Positions 23,332 to 35,217 are shown, counted from the first letter of the stretch. The stretch: 64,000 nt of DNA from an uncultured Planctomycetaceae bacterium (GCA_963815195.1 CAWFGE010000012.1:1056001-1120000); one strand, 5' to 3'. The notes: a model not told the origin generated them from the letters alone. Translations and numbers: made by a program.

Positions 23332-25629
23332 ATGAGTTTTTCCTTGAGCCTTCCGCACCGAGCCGCGCTGATCGCGGCGTGTTTTTTCGTGTTTTCGTCT
23401 TCCGCCGGTTTACACGCGGAGGAGGCGGAGCCGGCCGATCCGTCGCGGCTTACGCTGGACCGAATCTATCACAGCGGGGAATTTCAGTCCCGGCAACCGC
23501 ATGTGCGCTGGCTGAAAGATGCCGCCGCGTACACCACGTTGGAGCCCTCGAAGCTGGAGCCCAAGGGCCGGGACATCGTCCGCTGGGACGCGAAGACCGG
23601 CGACTCGCGGGTGATGGTCTCGGCGGCGGACCTGGTGCCGACGCTCGAAGCGGAGCCCTTGGCGATCGACGATTACGCGTTCTCCGCCGATCGAGGCCTG
23701 GTGCTGATCTACACGCGGTCCCAGCGGGTTTGGCGGCGGAACACGCGCGGCGATTATTGGGTGCTCGACCGCACGCATCGGAAGCTGCACCAACTGGGAA
23801 CATTCGCGAAGCCGTCTTCGCTGATGTTCGCCAAGCTCTCGCCCGACGGCCAAGAGGCGGCCTATGTTTACGAGCGAAACATTTATCTCGAAAACCTGCG
23901 CGACGGGTCGGTCCGGCAACTGACCGAGACGCCTTCCGAAACCATCATCAACGGCACCTTCGATTGGGTTTACGAGGAGGAACTCGGACTCCGCGACGGG
24001 TTTCGCTTCAGCCCCGACGGCCGCGCGATCGCGTATCTGGCAGCTCGACACCACGGGCGTCAACAAGATGCCTTTGGTCAATAACACAGGCACGTTTTAT
24101 CCCGAAGTCACCTGGTTCCCCTACCCCAAAACCGGCCAGCAAAACTCCGCCTGCCGGGTGGGCGTGATCGATCGTGGAGACCGGCAAAACCCAGTGGATC
24201 GATCTGCCCGGCGGTCTGCGAGATCATTACATCGCCCGCATGGATTGGCTGGCGAACTCGCGGGAATTGCTGATGCAACAACTCAACCGCGAGCAAAACA
24301 CCAACCGCGTGATGCTCTACGACGAAAACGACCGGACTCTGAGAACGCTTCTCACCGAACGCGACGACGCCTGGGTCGATGTGCACGATGAGATTCATGG
24401 GATCGAGGGCGGAAAACGCTTCACTTGGATCAGCGAGCGAGACGGCTGGCGGCACGTGTATTTGGTTTCGCGGGACGGCCAGAAGGCCACGCTGGCGACG
24501 CCGGGGGATTTCGATGTGATCGAACTGTTGCACGTGGACGAGCGGGGCCGCTGGCTGTACTTCATCGCCTCGCCGGAGAATCCCGCCCAGAGGTATTTGT
24601 ACCGCGTTCGGTTCGATGGCACCGGCCTCGCGCGGCTTACGCCGGCTTCGCAAACCGGCTGGCACGATTACCAGATCTCAGCGCGATGGGAAATGGGCGG
24701 TTGCATCGTGCGATCGGATTTCGACACGCCGCCGCGAACCGATCTCGTCCGACTGCCCGCACACGAGCGGCACGAGGCAGCTGGAAGTAACAAGGCACTC
24801 CTGCGAAACAGTCCGCAAACTGGACCGCTTACCGGTGGAGTTTTTCTATGTGGACATCGGCCGGGACGTGAACCTGCACGGGTGGTGCATCAAGCCGCCG
24901 AACTTCGATCCCGAGAAAAAATATCCGCTGCTTGATCTATGTCTACGGAGAACCGGCCGGGCCAGACGGTGACCGACCACTGGGGCGGTTCGAGCGAGCT
25001 TTGGCATGCCATGCTTGCTCAACAGGGTTACGTCGTCGTCAGCATGGACAACCGCGGCACCCATGCTCCGCGCGGCAGAGCCTGGCGGAAGGCGGCCCAT
25101 CGCAAGATCGGCATTCTCTCGCCCAAGGAGCAAGCCGCCGGCCTCAAGGCGCTGCTCAAAGACCGGTCGTATCTCGATCCGAAACGCGTCGGCATTTGGG
25201 GATGGAGCGGCGGCGGGTCGTCGAGCCTGCAGGCGATCTTCAAGTATCCCAAGCGGTACCGGATGGCGATCGCCATCGCCCCCGTGCCGAACCAGCGGTA
25301 TTACGACACGATCTACCAGGAACGCTACATGGGGTTGCCGCGGAACAACGTCGAAGGTTTCCGGGAAGGCTCGGCGATCAACTTCGCCCATCAACTCGAA
25401 GGGGATCTGCTGCTTGATCCACGGCACGGGCGACGACAACTGCCACTATCAAACGACGGAATTGCTGATTGACGAACTGATCCGCCACAACAAGCAGTTC
25501 CGCATGTTCGCCTATCCGGGCCGCACCCACGCGATCCGCGAAGGCAAAAACACCACCCGCCACCTGCGGCAAATGATGACCGACTTCCTCTACGAGAAAC
25601 TCCCCCGATCAGAGGCGAACGCGGATTGA
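23332..25629 (+). CDS. Dipeptidyl peptidase IV, S9B family (several frameshifts)
   Basis: DWVYEEE, YPKTGQQNS, GWSGGG, HGTGDDNCH, YPGRTH spread over several frames. Confidence 0.88.
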
Positions 25630-25711
25630 CCCGCACGTTCATGAGCATCAACCGCTCCACAACGCAGGTTGCCGGGTGACATACACCGTTGTGCAGCGCA
25701 TCGAGCCTGAA

Positions 25712-26425
25712 TCAGATCACGTCCTCCAAGCGTTGGCGGAAATCCGCAAACCCCCCGGTGTCGACCGAGTTGATATTGACTGTTCCGTCAGCAACGAGTT
25801 CGCAGAGAATTATTCGGGAGGCGGGCTGGCCGAGGATTTCCTCAAGCTCTTTTTTCAATGCGTTGGATTTCTTCATTCCAGAGTATTCTTGAGAAGCCGA
25901 TTTCGCATGCGGATTCTTTCCCAGGGCACAAAGCAGCCACGCTTTCGAGGTTGGCTCTGGAATCATCGGAACACCCCTGGAGAATCCCTCTTGCGAAAAC
26001 CCATCCATCATGGACTTCCATTTCTCCGCACGTGTTCCACGCCCGGCCGAGGCGGTGCCGTCGGAGTCGCGAAACAGCACGGCAACAACTTCATCATTCA
26101 ATTCGTTTTGCCTGTCCGTCGCGATCTGGGCCAAGACGCGGGCATTGTTGAAAAAATAGCGAGTTTCCTTGTCTCGCTTTTTACCGGGAAGCCGCGGCGA
26201 TTTCTTGGCGGCTTTCAATTCGGAGGCCTGATCGATCAGCGTCCCTTTGGAAACGTAGCCGCATTGCCCGAATTCGAGCAGGGAATAACCGTGCTTTTCC
26301 TCGACGAGTTGATCGACGACCACGGTCATCGGTCCATATTCATAATCCTCGCCGTCGCAACTTGCCGTATTCCCGGCACAAAGGCCGAGGTCCGTCGGTC
26401 CCTCTCCGCTAAAAAGGAAAAACAT
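25712..26425 (-). CDS. TOPRIM-like (DUF4276-like) protein
   Basis: N-terminal FSGEGPTD and LFRDSD acidic motifs; abuts the ATPase stop codon. Confidence 0.6.
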   Translation of the reverse strand: MFFLFSGEGPTDLGLCAGNTASCDGEDYEYGPMTVVVDQLVEEKHGYSLLEFGQCGYVSKGTLIDQASELKAAKKSPRLPGKKRDKETRYFFNNARVLAQIATDRQNELNDEVVAVLFRDSDGTASAGRGTRAEKWKSMMDGFSQEGFSRGVPMIPEPTSKAWLLCALGKNPHAKSASQEYSGMKKSNALKKELEEILGQPASRIILCELVADGTVNINSVDTGGFADFRQRLEDVI

Positions 26426-27616
26426 TCACTGCCCCTGTATGACCGATTCGATTTCTTCATAGAGGGCTTTGAGATCGGTGTCAGCAAACGCCTCGCCGGG
26501 CCCCATTACGGTCAGTTTCTCGGACAAGGAGGGGATGGAGAAAAACGGAATCGCCTTCGTGTGGCCTTGGTGATTCCGGTAAAGATAGAGCACCCCCTCG
26601 CGGGCGACTTCGTCGTCCAGGTAATTGAGAATCATCGGGCTATGGGTCGTCACCATAATCTGCTGCGGCGAGGAAACCAGAGCGTCCAGAACAAACTCGA
26701 CCAGTTCCGGATTGATCCCATTCTCAATCTCGTCAAACAACAAGAATCGATGGGAGGATTGCAGTTCCGCTAAGATGGCAATCAACCGCAGCATGCCGTC
26801 GTTTACATGCCGGGCTTCCGTTGTCATGAGAGGGAAAAAGCCCGCTGGTTGTCCCTGGTATTTCTCCGTGATCTCAAGCTGCTTCCAGCCGGACTGCAAC
26901 GACTTTGTGTGCAGGTCTTCCAATTGCGGATAAACCTTCTGCAATTGCTTGACCAACTGCCGCTGTTTTCTTGTTCCAAGTTCATGCAGAAACGCTGAGA
27001 GTTTCTGGCCGCCGAGGCCGATAGAACCGTCGGCCTCGCGCGTTCGCCGTCTGAGGTACTCCGGCGACAGCAAATCCAGCGATGTGACATTCTGAAAGAA
27101 CTCCTTGAACGCGATGAGCGAAGGAGGAAGCGTGGATTCTTTCAGCTGTGAAAGGATGGACCCTTCGTATTTGAACGAGACTGGACCATTCTTCAGAGTA
27201 CATTCAGTATCCTCTGCTGGAGTTTCGTCACCTCGCATGGAGATGCTGAACCGGTTGCCGTGGACCCGTAAATGCGCCGTCGGTGTTTCGATGGACTCCG
27301 TCGTACAATGCAAAGACTGGGAGTTAAAACTTGCAGTCCAAGTCCACCCTTCTCCTTTGTCGGAATAAAGCTCGACGGAAAAATCGATAATGGATTTCTT
27401 TGTGAACTGCGATTTGATCTCTTTGGCGGTCCAATTTCGCTCCTTGAGCCACCCTTTGATGTCTCCCCGGACTTGCTGGCCCAAAAAATCGATGAATTGC
27501 AGGACCGTCGATTTTCCGGATCCGTTCAGTCCGGTCAAACAAATGAATTTCGGCAGTTGCATTTCAAAATCGATCAGCGACTTGAAATTGTTGGCAGTGA
27601 TCTTCTGGATTTGCAT
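26426..27616 (-). CDS. ABC/AAA_21-type ATPase
   Basis: NFKS, GLNGSGKS, NDGMLR, LLFDEIENG, TTHSP; no TM segment. Confidence 0.85.
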   Translation of the reverse strand: MQIQKITANNFKSLIDFEMQLPKFICLTGLNGSGKSTVLQFIDFLGQQVRGDIKGWLKERNWTAKEIKSQFTKKSIIDFSVELYSDKGEGWTWTASFNSQSLHCTTESIETPTAHLRVHGNRFSISMRGDETPAEDTECTLKNGPVSFKYEGSILSQLKESTLPPSLIAFKEFFQNVTSLDLLSPEYLRRRTREADGSIGLGGQKLSAFLHELGTRKQRQLVKQLQKVYPQLEDLHTKSLQSGWKQLEITEKYQGQPAGFFPLMTTEARHVNDGMLRLIAILAELQSSHRFLLFDEIENGINPELVEFVLDALVSSPQQIMVTTHSPMILNYLDDEVAREGVLYLYRNHQGHTKAIPFFSIPSLSEKLTVMGPGEAFADTDLKALYEEIESVIQGQ

Positions 27617-27729
27617 TTTTTGAATGGGAAAGGAAAAGCGCGATCTGTTGTCCACGACGCCAATGCCAGGCCGAAGCTTTTGTCACTTTGACACAGTTCC
27701 AATTATGTGTTGAACCCAGCCTCAATACA

Positions 27730-27765
27730 ACAACCGCACCAGCGATTGTTCGCCGGTGCGGTTGT
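27730..27765 (-). terminator. Hairpin downstream of rpoD-like gene
   Basis: ACAACCGCACC/GGTGCGGTTGT 11-bp stem. Confidence 0.55.
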
Positions 27766-27802
27766 GGATGGTTCTGGAGGAAGGGAATAGCCGGCCGGCA
27801 GG

Positions 27803-29526
27803 TTACGACGCGCCGACCATTTCTTCCACGGCTTCCAAGTCCTCGGCACCCGAGGCGAGGGCGGATTCGACGAAGCCTTTCAAGTGGTCGCTGCGGGTGT
27901 GGTGTTGCAGCTTTTTGAGGGCTTTGGATTCGATCTGGCGAATGCGTTCGCGGGTGACTTTGAAGATCCGGCCGGTCTCTTCCAGCGTGTAACTGTAGCC
28001 GTCGCCTAGGCCGTAGCGGAGCTTGATGATCTCCCGCTCGCGGTAGGTCAGGCTCTTGAGGACGTGGTCGATCTTGTCGCGAAGCATCTGGTGCATCGCG
28101 GAATCAGCGGGGGTCGCATTCGTTGCCGTCTTCGAGGAAGTCCCCGAAGCTCGAGTCTTCGCTTTCGCCGACCGGCGTATCGAGGCTGATCGGGATGCTT
28201 CCAGGTCTTCATGATCCGTTCGGTCTCTTCGACGGTCAGGCCGACCGCGTCGGCCAGTTCTTCCATGCTCGGATCGCGGCCGGTTTCCTGGCGGATTTGC
28301 TCGGCTCGGGCCTTCAGCGTGCGAGATGCTCTGGAACATGTGGACGGGAATGCGAATCGTCCGGGCATGGTCGGCCACCGCCCGCGTGATCGCCTGCCGA
28401 ATCCACCAGGTTGCATAGGTGGAGAATTTATAGCCCCGGCGGTATTCGTACTTCTCGACGCCCCGCATCAGGCCGGCGTTGCCTTCCTGAATGAGGTCGA
28501 AAAAGCACAGGCCGCGGTTGCGGTACTTCTTGGCGATGGACACGACGAGCCGCAGGTTCCCGCCCGAGAGCTTTTGCTTGGCGTTGGTCCAGGAGTCGAA
28601 GCGGCGCTGGATCTCGGCACAGCGGGCGCGGAACTCCTCCGGCGCTTTCGAGCGTCATCGCCCGGTACTCCGCCAACTCCCGCTGGCAGATGTCCACTTC
28701 CGATGAGGCCCCGCGGCGACCTTTGAGGCTCTGGATCTGCTCTTTCAGCTTCGGCGATCCGCTCGCCCATCTGCAGCATCCGCTTCATGATCGGCTGCAA
28801 CCGTTGGGTGCGCAGGCTGAGTTCTTCGCAGAGCGTGCACATTTTCCGCCGGCGGAGGAGCATTCGCTTGCGGATTTCCGCTTTTTCTTCCTTGCCGGTG
28901 CCCTCGGCGGTGAGCAATTCGTAATCCGCCCGGTTCTTTTCGAGGAGCACATTCAGCGTTTTGAGATTATGGGGCATCCGGCCGAGGATTTGCTCTTTCT
29001 GCACGTTCTCGGTTTCCGAGGTGCGAAGCGTTCGCTCGAACGGCAGTTCCTGGGCGTGGACTTTTTCGAGGATCGCCACCGCTTCGGACAGGGCGAAATC
29101 GGATTCCAACACCGTGCGGCGGAAGCGTTTGCGCGTGATTTCGATCTGCTTGGCCAGAAAGATTTCCCGGTCGCGAGAAAGCAGCGGGATGTTCCCCATC
29201 TGGCTGAGGTACATGCGGATGGGATCGCGCGAAGAAAGCGCGGAGGTTTCGGGAGTCATCAGCGACCGCGCCAAGGGCGAGATTTCGCTGTGGGGATCCG
29301 ACGGCGAACTGGCGGGAACGGTGCCGTTGACCGGCACCGCTTCGTCCTGGTCCGGCTCGTCCTTCAGTCCCAAGCTTTCTTCTTCCAACGCGAGCACCAA
29401 CTGGTCAACCAGCGTGGGGTCGCCGCCTTCGTCAGGCAAAAACGCATCAATTTCTTGGAATGTCAGATGGCCAACGTCCCGGGCGCCTTTTACCAGCGCT
29501 TGCAGACCTTCATCAATTCTTGGCAC
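27803..29526 (-). CDS. rpoD: Group 1/2 sigma70 factor (frameshifted)
   Basis: Region 1.1; [44 protein letters not shown]; may be a paralogue. Confidence 0.88.
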
Positions 29527-30703
29527 GGGTCAACTCCCTTGCTTTCTCAAAAATGGACCAAATCGCACGTCCCTGCACGCACGACCGGGAAATGGAACAC
29601 ACAGAAAAAAGGCCACTTCCCGGTCAGTTATTTCCTGAGGTCGGCCCGGCACAATCCTGAGATGGCGATTGAAGCTCGGGGCAACTGTCAAATCCGAGGA
29701 AAACTTCGCTTCCTCCCAAAATTCTTGTGTTTGGCGCGGTTCTTAACCGCTGGTCGGTTTCACTCCGGTTCCATTTTAGAGAACCGCAAGTGAAATCTCG
29801 TGGGGTGTCATTCACCGGGGCACCGCCCGATAATGAATCTACGTAAGCTGTTTGGAAATCCATCGCCGCTAATAAGATTCCCCGGCAACCTCGCCGCCCT
29901 CCGCCGCATCCTCTCCGATGGGACAAAAGGGGGGGACTCCAATGCAAAGCAGGCTCTCAATGTTCGAGCATCCTTTCTTCTCGAGAACCATGGACGTTTC
30001 TCCGCCCAAAGGTAGGAAACGTCGGCATTGTGATGGAGAAGTTGCTTATTGTTCTGGATCAGTCCCTGTCCAAATCCTTTCCGCGAAGAAAGGCGCTTGC
30101 AATAAGCGGCGTATCCTACCAAAACGCCCATCGCTTCGCACACAAAAAATATTCAGATTTCCAATTTTCTTCAAAATAGCCTCAAGTTTCAGGCTTTTAA
30201 CCAGAAAGAACGTCCGACCAATAGTGTTTTCCCCACCCCCCAATCCTCCCCTCGAAGAATCCAGGTGGGTTGGGAAGTTTTGCGAAAACACGCCCTCTCC
30301 GAGGAAATTATTCGGGAGGTCTTGGTTGTAAGTCAACCGCGGAAATCGGGTTAGATTCAGGAATCCTCCAGTTTGCCCCAATGCGTTCCCCAAAATTCCC
30401 AAATGGAACTCTGGGATTCTCAAATAATCAATCGTTGATTTATGCGCAAGGCCGACTGGTTGGAAGTCGGCGACGGCGATGATATAGTGGTATGTCGGTA
30501 TTCAACATATGTCCCGCAGGCGGAGTCTCCGCCCCTCGCTCTCCGCCGGCATTCTCCGCGCGGTAGCCCGGTCGACTCGACCGCTTTCTCCTCGCGTTCG
30601 TTATCGAGACGATTGCACCGCGTGGAGAGAACGGCGACTCCCGATTTTCATCCGACTTTTGATGCTCAAACCTCAATGATTTAGACACCCGGAGACCAGC
30701 AAC

Positions 30704-31843
30704 ATGACGACCGAAACGGAAAAACCCGCCGTGGCCCGCGGACTCAAAGGCGTGAATGTGGCCGACAGCTCCATCTGCCTCGTCAACGGGACCGAGGGCA
30801 AGTTGCTGTACCGGGGCTACGACATCGACGACCTCGCGAACCACGGCACCTTTGAAGAAGTCGCCTATCTCTTGTTCAAGGGCGAACTGCCGACGGAATC
30901 CGAACTCGCGGCTTTCAAAGACACGCTCGCCCGCCACGCCGCGCTCCCGGAACCGGTCAGCGAGTTCCTCATGGCGCTGCCCAAGACCGTGCTGCCGATG
31001 TCGGCTCTGCGGTCGGCCGTGTCGGTTGCGGGGATTTACGATCCGCACGCCGAAGATGACAGCCCCGAAGGCAACTTTCAAAAGTCGATCCGCCTCACCG
31101 CCCAAATCGCGACGATCGTCGCCGCCATTCGCCGGCTGCGGGACGGAAACGATCCCGTGCCCCCCAAACCGGAACTGGGCTTCGCCGCGAATTTGATGTA
31201 TATGCTGAATGGCAGCGAACCGTCGCCCGACGCGGCCAAGGCGATGGATTTGATTTTGATCCTCCACGCCGAGCATGGCCTCAATGCGAGCACCTTCGCC
31301 GCCCGCGTGATCTCCGCGACCTTGAGCGATTTGTATTCCGCCATCACCGGGGCCATCGGGGCCCTCAAGGGCAAGCTCCACGGCGGCGCCAACACCGAAG
31401 TCCTCAAGACCCTCCAGAACGTCGGCTCCGTCGAAAACATCGCCCCCTGGGTCCAGGACGTCCGCGCCAAGAAGGGCAAGTTCATGGGCTTCGGGCACGC
31501 GGTCTATCAAACCGAAGACCCCCGCGCGAAGCACCTCAAGGAATACTCCAAACGCCTCGGCGACGAGACCGGCGAAACCAAATGGTACGAAATGTCGGTC
31601 GAAATGGAGCGGCTCATCTACGAGGAAATCCACCGCCACTCGAACGTCGATTTCTACTCCGCGAGCGTCCAGCACTCGATGGGCATTCCGGGGGAACTAT
31701 TTACCTGCATCTTCGCCGCCAGCCGCATCGTCGGCTGGTGCGCCCATGTGCTCGAGCAACTCGCCGACAACAAAATCATCCGCCCCTCGGTCCACTACGT
31801 CGGCCCCCAAGATCGCCAGTACGTGCCGATTGGGGAGCGGTAA
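30704..31843 (+). CDS. gltA: Citrate (or 2-methylcitrate) synthase, short dimeric type
   Basis: HAEHGLNASTF, LHGGAN, MGFGHAVY..DPR, NVDFYS. Confidence 0.9.
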   Translation: MTTETEKPAVARGLKGVNVADSSICLVNGTEGKLLYRGYDIDDLANHGTFEEVAYLLFKGELPTESELAAFKDTLARHAALPEPVSEFLMALPKTVLPMSALRSAVSVAGIYDPHAEDDSPEGNFQKSIRLTAQIATIVAAIRRLRDGNDPVPPKPELGFAANLMYMLNGSEPSPDAAKAMDLILILHAEHGLNASTFAARVISATLSDLYSAITGAIGALKGKLHGGANTEVLKTLQNVGSVENIAPWVQDVRAKKGKFMGFGHAVYQTEDPRAKHLKEYSKRLGDETGETKWYEMSVEMERLIYEEIHRHSNVDFYSASVQHSMGIPGELFTCIFAASRIVGWCAHVLEQLADNKIIRPSVHYVGPQDRQYVPIGER

Positions 31844-31859
31844 TGGAGGAATGAGTCCG

Positions 31860-32090
31860 ATGCAAATCGAAATCAGCGACGATGTGGCTAAGTCCATAGA
31901 AGACAAGGCCCTCCAAGCCGGGTTTGACAGCGTGGAAGCCTACTTGCGGCATTTGCTCAGCGACATGGAACCCCGGCAAGGCGATCCCGCGGGCATGCCC
32001 TACGACGAGTGGCAGAACAAATATCGCGCTTTCGTCGCCCGACAAAAATCGCGCAAGCCGAATTTCGATGACAGCCGCGAAAGCATCTAA
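31860..32090 (+). CDS. Small antitoxin-like protein
   Basis: GGAGG RBS; MQIEISDD.. RHH-like N-terminus; DDSRESI tail. Confidence 0.55.
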   Translation: MQIEISDDVAKSIEDKALQAGFDSVEAYLRHLLSDMEPRQGDPAGMPYDEWQNKYRAFVARQKSRKPNFDDSRESI

Positions 32091-32123
32091 CTTAACAATC
32101 TCGCATCACGGAGCCCAGTAAGT

Positions 32124-32201
32124 GTAGGGCCGGCCGCGGCGGCGATCGATGTGGGGAGAATGACATTCTCCAGACCAAAAGGCCGGCACGGTCGGCCGTA
32201 C
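32124..32201. repeat. GTAG-type REP-like pair
   Basis: GTAGGGCCGGCCG ... CGGTCGGCCGTAC. Confidence 0.45.
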
Positions 32202-32239
32202 TTGGCTTGATGAATCCGGCAAAGCCGCGTGGACTTGCT

Positions 32240-32740
32240 ATGAATCACCAAGAGTGGCAAGAACCTTTGATGTCCTACCGCGATCGGCAGCGGTTGATCG
32301 TGGATCGCACGTTCGAACTCCATGAAGATCGGATGCGGATTCTCGCCACCGTGGGAGTTGGACGGGCGAAGGTCAACCTTATCGTACCGCTGGAAAACAT
32401 CGTCTTGCCGCCCAATCGATTGTGGGTGCGGAGCGGGAACTTCAAGTGGGGAGGGCGACTTGCCCTCGTGTCCGTGCTCGGGCTGATCGCAGCGTTCCTG
32501 TTACAGCCTGCGTCCTCCGAAATGTTGCTCGTCTCTTTCGTCGGACTCGCCGCGGCTTCCTTCTTTCTGGCATTCTATTGCCGGCGAATGGAGTTCAAGC
32601 AATACCGGAACACAAGCGGCGTCGTGGTCTTCGACATCGGCCGCATCGGCCCGGACGCCGCGACTTTTGACGCCTTCAATGCCAAGCTCGCCGAGACGAT
32701 CGAAGCGGCAAAGACCAAGGCTCGATTTGTCGAGTCATGA
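32240..32740 (+). CDS. Hypothetical membrane protein (2 TM)
   Basis: ORF with two hydrophobic helices. Confidence 0.6.
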   Translation: MNHQEWQEPLMSYRDRQRLIVDRTFELHEDRMRILATVGVGRAKVNLIVPLENIVLPPNRLWVRSGNFKWGGRLALVSVLGLIAAFLLQPASSEMLLVSFVGLAAASFFLAFYCRRMEFKQYRNTSGVVVFDIGRIGPDAATFDAFNAKLAETIEAAKTKARFVES

Positions 32741-32767
32741 TCAAATCAATTGACGGTGCTTCCCGCA

Positions 32768-33270
32768 ATGATCACCTTCCGCACGCAACTCGAAGCCGGG
32801 GATGTTGAGGCGGTGGCCCGGATGCATGGGGAGGTTTATCGCGGGAGTACCGGTTTGATTCGACGTTTGAAGACTATGTTTTCGGGCCGTTGTCGGAGTT
32901 TGCTGCGTCGGAGTCGCCGCGGGAGCGGATGTGGATCGCGGAGCAGGACGGGCGAATCGCGGGGTGCATTGCGATCGTGGAGCACGCGCCGACCGCGGCG
33001 CAGCTTCGCTGGTTTTTAATCGATCCAGCCGCCCGCGGTTTGGGGTTGGGGAAACGGCTGCTCGGCGAGGCGATTGCGTTCTCGAAATCGTCCGGGTACG
33101 AAACCGTGATCCTGTGGACGGTGAGCGAGTTGGCCGCCGCCGCTCATCTTTACCGGTCCGCGGGGTTCCGCAAAGTCGAGGAAGTTCCCGGGCAAAGGTG
33201 GGGCGTCTCGGTCGTCGAGGAGAAATACGAATTAGTCCTCTCGTATAGCCGTGGCGATATGTCCGGCTAA
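32768..33270 (+). CDS. GNAT N-acetyltransferase (frameshifted N-terminus)
   Basis: AQLRWFLIDPAARGLGLG, AAHLYRSAGF. Confidence 0.8.
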
Positions 33271-34106
33271 CGCGAGCCCGCGGACCCGGCGGACTGGCTG
33301 CGTTCGAGGAGCACCTGGTCGTTCTCCACGCCCACAGAATATTCCGCACCGTTCTCGGGCGTGAGTTCTTGGGACTTCGATTTTGCTTCCGAAGATTTTA
33401 AGCCCGGCTGCCAGCGGAGTTTCGACGGTTCGCAGATCGTGTGCGTGCGGGCGTAGTTCGGCGGCAACTCGTATTGCCGGTCGCCGAGGGCGTAATGGAA
33501 CGTCACGTCGCTTTTGTTGGTGATCCGAAATTCGATCTTCGCGGACTTGGGGCGACCGAAGATTTGGACCGCGTAGAACACGCCGGTCTTGTGGCTTTGG
33601 GCGACGGCCACGCCGGTTTCCGTCACGGACCGCTTGAGCATATTTCGGCGGTGCGGGGGCGAGTTCTTCCAGCCGGTGACGAAACCCTCGGCGAGTTTGT
33701 CGGTTTTAAAACCTTTGGTTTTGAACTCGTAGGCGATGTTCTCCGCGATCACGCAGTAATCGTAGCCCTGCTCCTCGGCCCGTTTTGCGGGGCCTTTGCC
33801 CTCGGCATAATGGCCGTAGCGGTCGGTGCGGGCCATGTAGTTCGCGAACTGGGTCGCGGTCTTATTGAGCGTCTCGTCGATGTCGACTTTCTGGCGGCCT
33901 TCGTCCTGGCGGAACGCGTTTGTTTTTTTGAAGATCTCTTGCTCGACCTCGCGGAGATGAGGCGACTTCACGGGCTCGAACGGGCCAACTTCCGAAGCTG
34001 TCAGATGCTCGACATGATGATGCTCGGCCTGCTGGGCCCGTGCCGACGAGGGAAGGCATACGGTAAACGCCAGCAGACAACCGGCCCAAGAGATTCCCCG
34101 ATGCAT
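33267..34106 (-). CDS. Secreted CAP/SCP domain protein
   Basis: Signal peptide; AENIA, WKNSPPHRRNML, TGVAV..YAVQIFG. Confidence 0.88.
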   Translation of the reverse strand: MHRGISWAGCLLAFTVCLPSSARAQQAEHHHVEHLTASEVGPFEPVKSPHLREVEQEIFKKTNAFRQDEGRQKVDIDETLNKTATQFANYMARTDRYGHYAEGKGPAKRAEEQGYDYCVIAENIAYEFKTKGFKTDKLAEGFVTGWKNSPPHRRNMLKRSVTETGVAVAQSHKTGVFYAVQIFGRPKSAKIEFRITNKSDVTFHYALGDRQYELPPNYARTHTICEPSKLRWQPGLKSSEAKSKSQELTPENGAEYSVGVENDQVLLERSQSAGSAGSR

Positions 34107-34177
34107 GACTCTGTTTCCTTTGTATAAAAAATGCTGGAGGGACGGACCGGCAACCCACGTCCGGTTCGCTCTGCAAA

Positions 34178-34256
34178 AACCGGGGCTAGCGCCCTGCGGC
34201 TAATTTGTTCAAGCCCATGTTGTTGAAGAACCGGCGGCTAGCGCTGTGCCGCTCAC
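34178..34256. repeat. Two REP-like copies (GCTAGC family)
   Basis: CCGGGGCTAGCGCCCTGCGGCT and CCGGCGGCTAGCGCTGTGCCGCTCAC. Confidence 0.7.
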
Positions 34257-34383
34257 GTTGTTGTCCGCGGAGGGAAATCAGCAATCCACATGCCGGGCTC
34301 TCGGGTGATTTTGAACGGCGGGTATTTCCAAGAGGTCCTGCATCGTTGGCGGGCACCTTGATCGCTCAAGCGTCATCGATTGG

Positions 34384-34974
34384 CTAGGGAGATTCGGAAC
34401 GGTTGGCTCCCGGGATCCAGAGCACGTCGGCGGTGCCGTTGGCGTTCGCGGCCCGGGCCATCACGAACAGCAAATCCGAAAGCCGATTGAGATACGCGGC
34501 GACTTGGGGATTGACGGGGTCGCGGTCCATCAGTTGCCAAACCGCGATTTCCACGCGCCGGCAAACGGCACGGGCCAGGTGCAGGCGGGCCGCCGCTTCG
34601 GTGCCGCCCGGCAGAATAAAACTGGTCAACGGAGAAAGCGATCGGTTGAGCTCATCGATCCACTGCTCCAACCGTTCGACCTGGCCGGCCTGAATTCGAA
34701 GCGGTGGCGCAGCGGCGGGTGGGTCTCGTTCGCCGGTTTCGGGAACGCACAGGTCGGCTCCCACGTCGAACAGGTCGTTTTGAATGCTCCGCAATTTCCG
34801 CGCGAGGGTGTCGGGAAGGTCGGCGGTCAGGCAGAGGCCCAACAGCGAATTGAGTTCGTCCACGGCTCCGTAGGCGATGATCCGCCGATCCGTTTTGGGC
34901 ACCCGCTCTCCGCTGCCCAAGGAGGTTTCGCCGGCATCGCCGGTTTTGGTGTAGATGCGGTTGAGATAGACCAT
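34384..34974 (-). CDS. pduO: Cob(I)alamin adenosyltransferase, PduO-type
   Basis: IYTKTGDAGET, YGAVDELNS, FILPGG, YLNRLSDLLF. Confidence 0.93.
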   Translation of the reverse strand: MVYLNRIYTKTGDAGETSLGSGERVPKTDRRIIAYGAVDELNSLLGLCLTADLPDTLARKLRSIQNDLFDVGADLCVPETGERDPPAAAPPLRIQAGQVERLEQWIDELNRSLSPLTSFILPGGTEAAARLHLARAVCRRVEIAVWQLMDRDPVNPQVAAYLNRLSDLLFVMARAANANGTADVLWIPGANRSESP

Positions 34975-35217
34975 GTTCCGATTCGCCCGAGGGAAAAACG
35001 CAGATTGGAGCGGGTCAGGGTTTTTCCGAGAACATCAACAAAATTTGATGTTTGACTGTAACCCTCGCGAGAGTTTGTCACAATATGATAAAACAAAGTG
35101 CCGCGAAGGCGAACGCCGCGACCGGTTTCGCCGGGCCCGAAGTTTGAGATTGCCGACCGATTTTTGAATCCGCCTGCCGACTTCCCCCACCTGCGACGCC
35201 CACCCACGGAAGCATCC

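Noticed and set aside
27803..29526. rpoD-like gene as a pseudogene
   Set aside because: Motifs are intact and the frameshifts match the window-wide indel pattern
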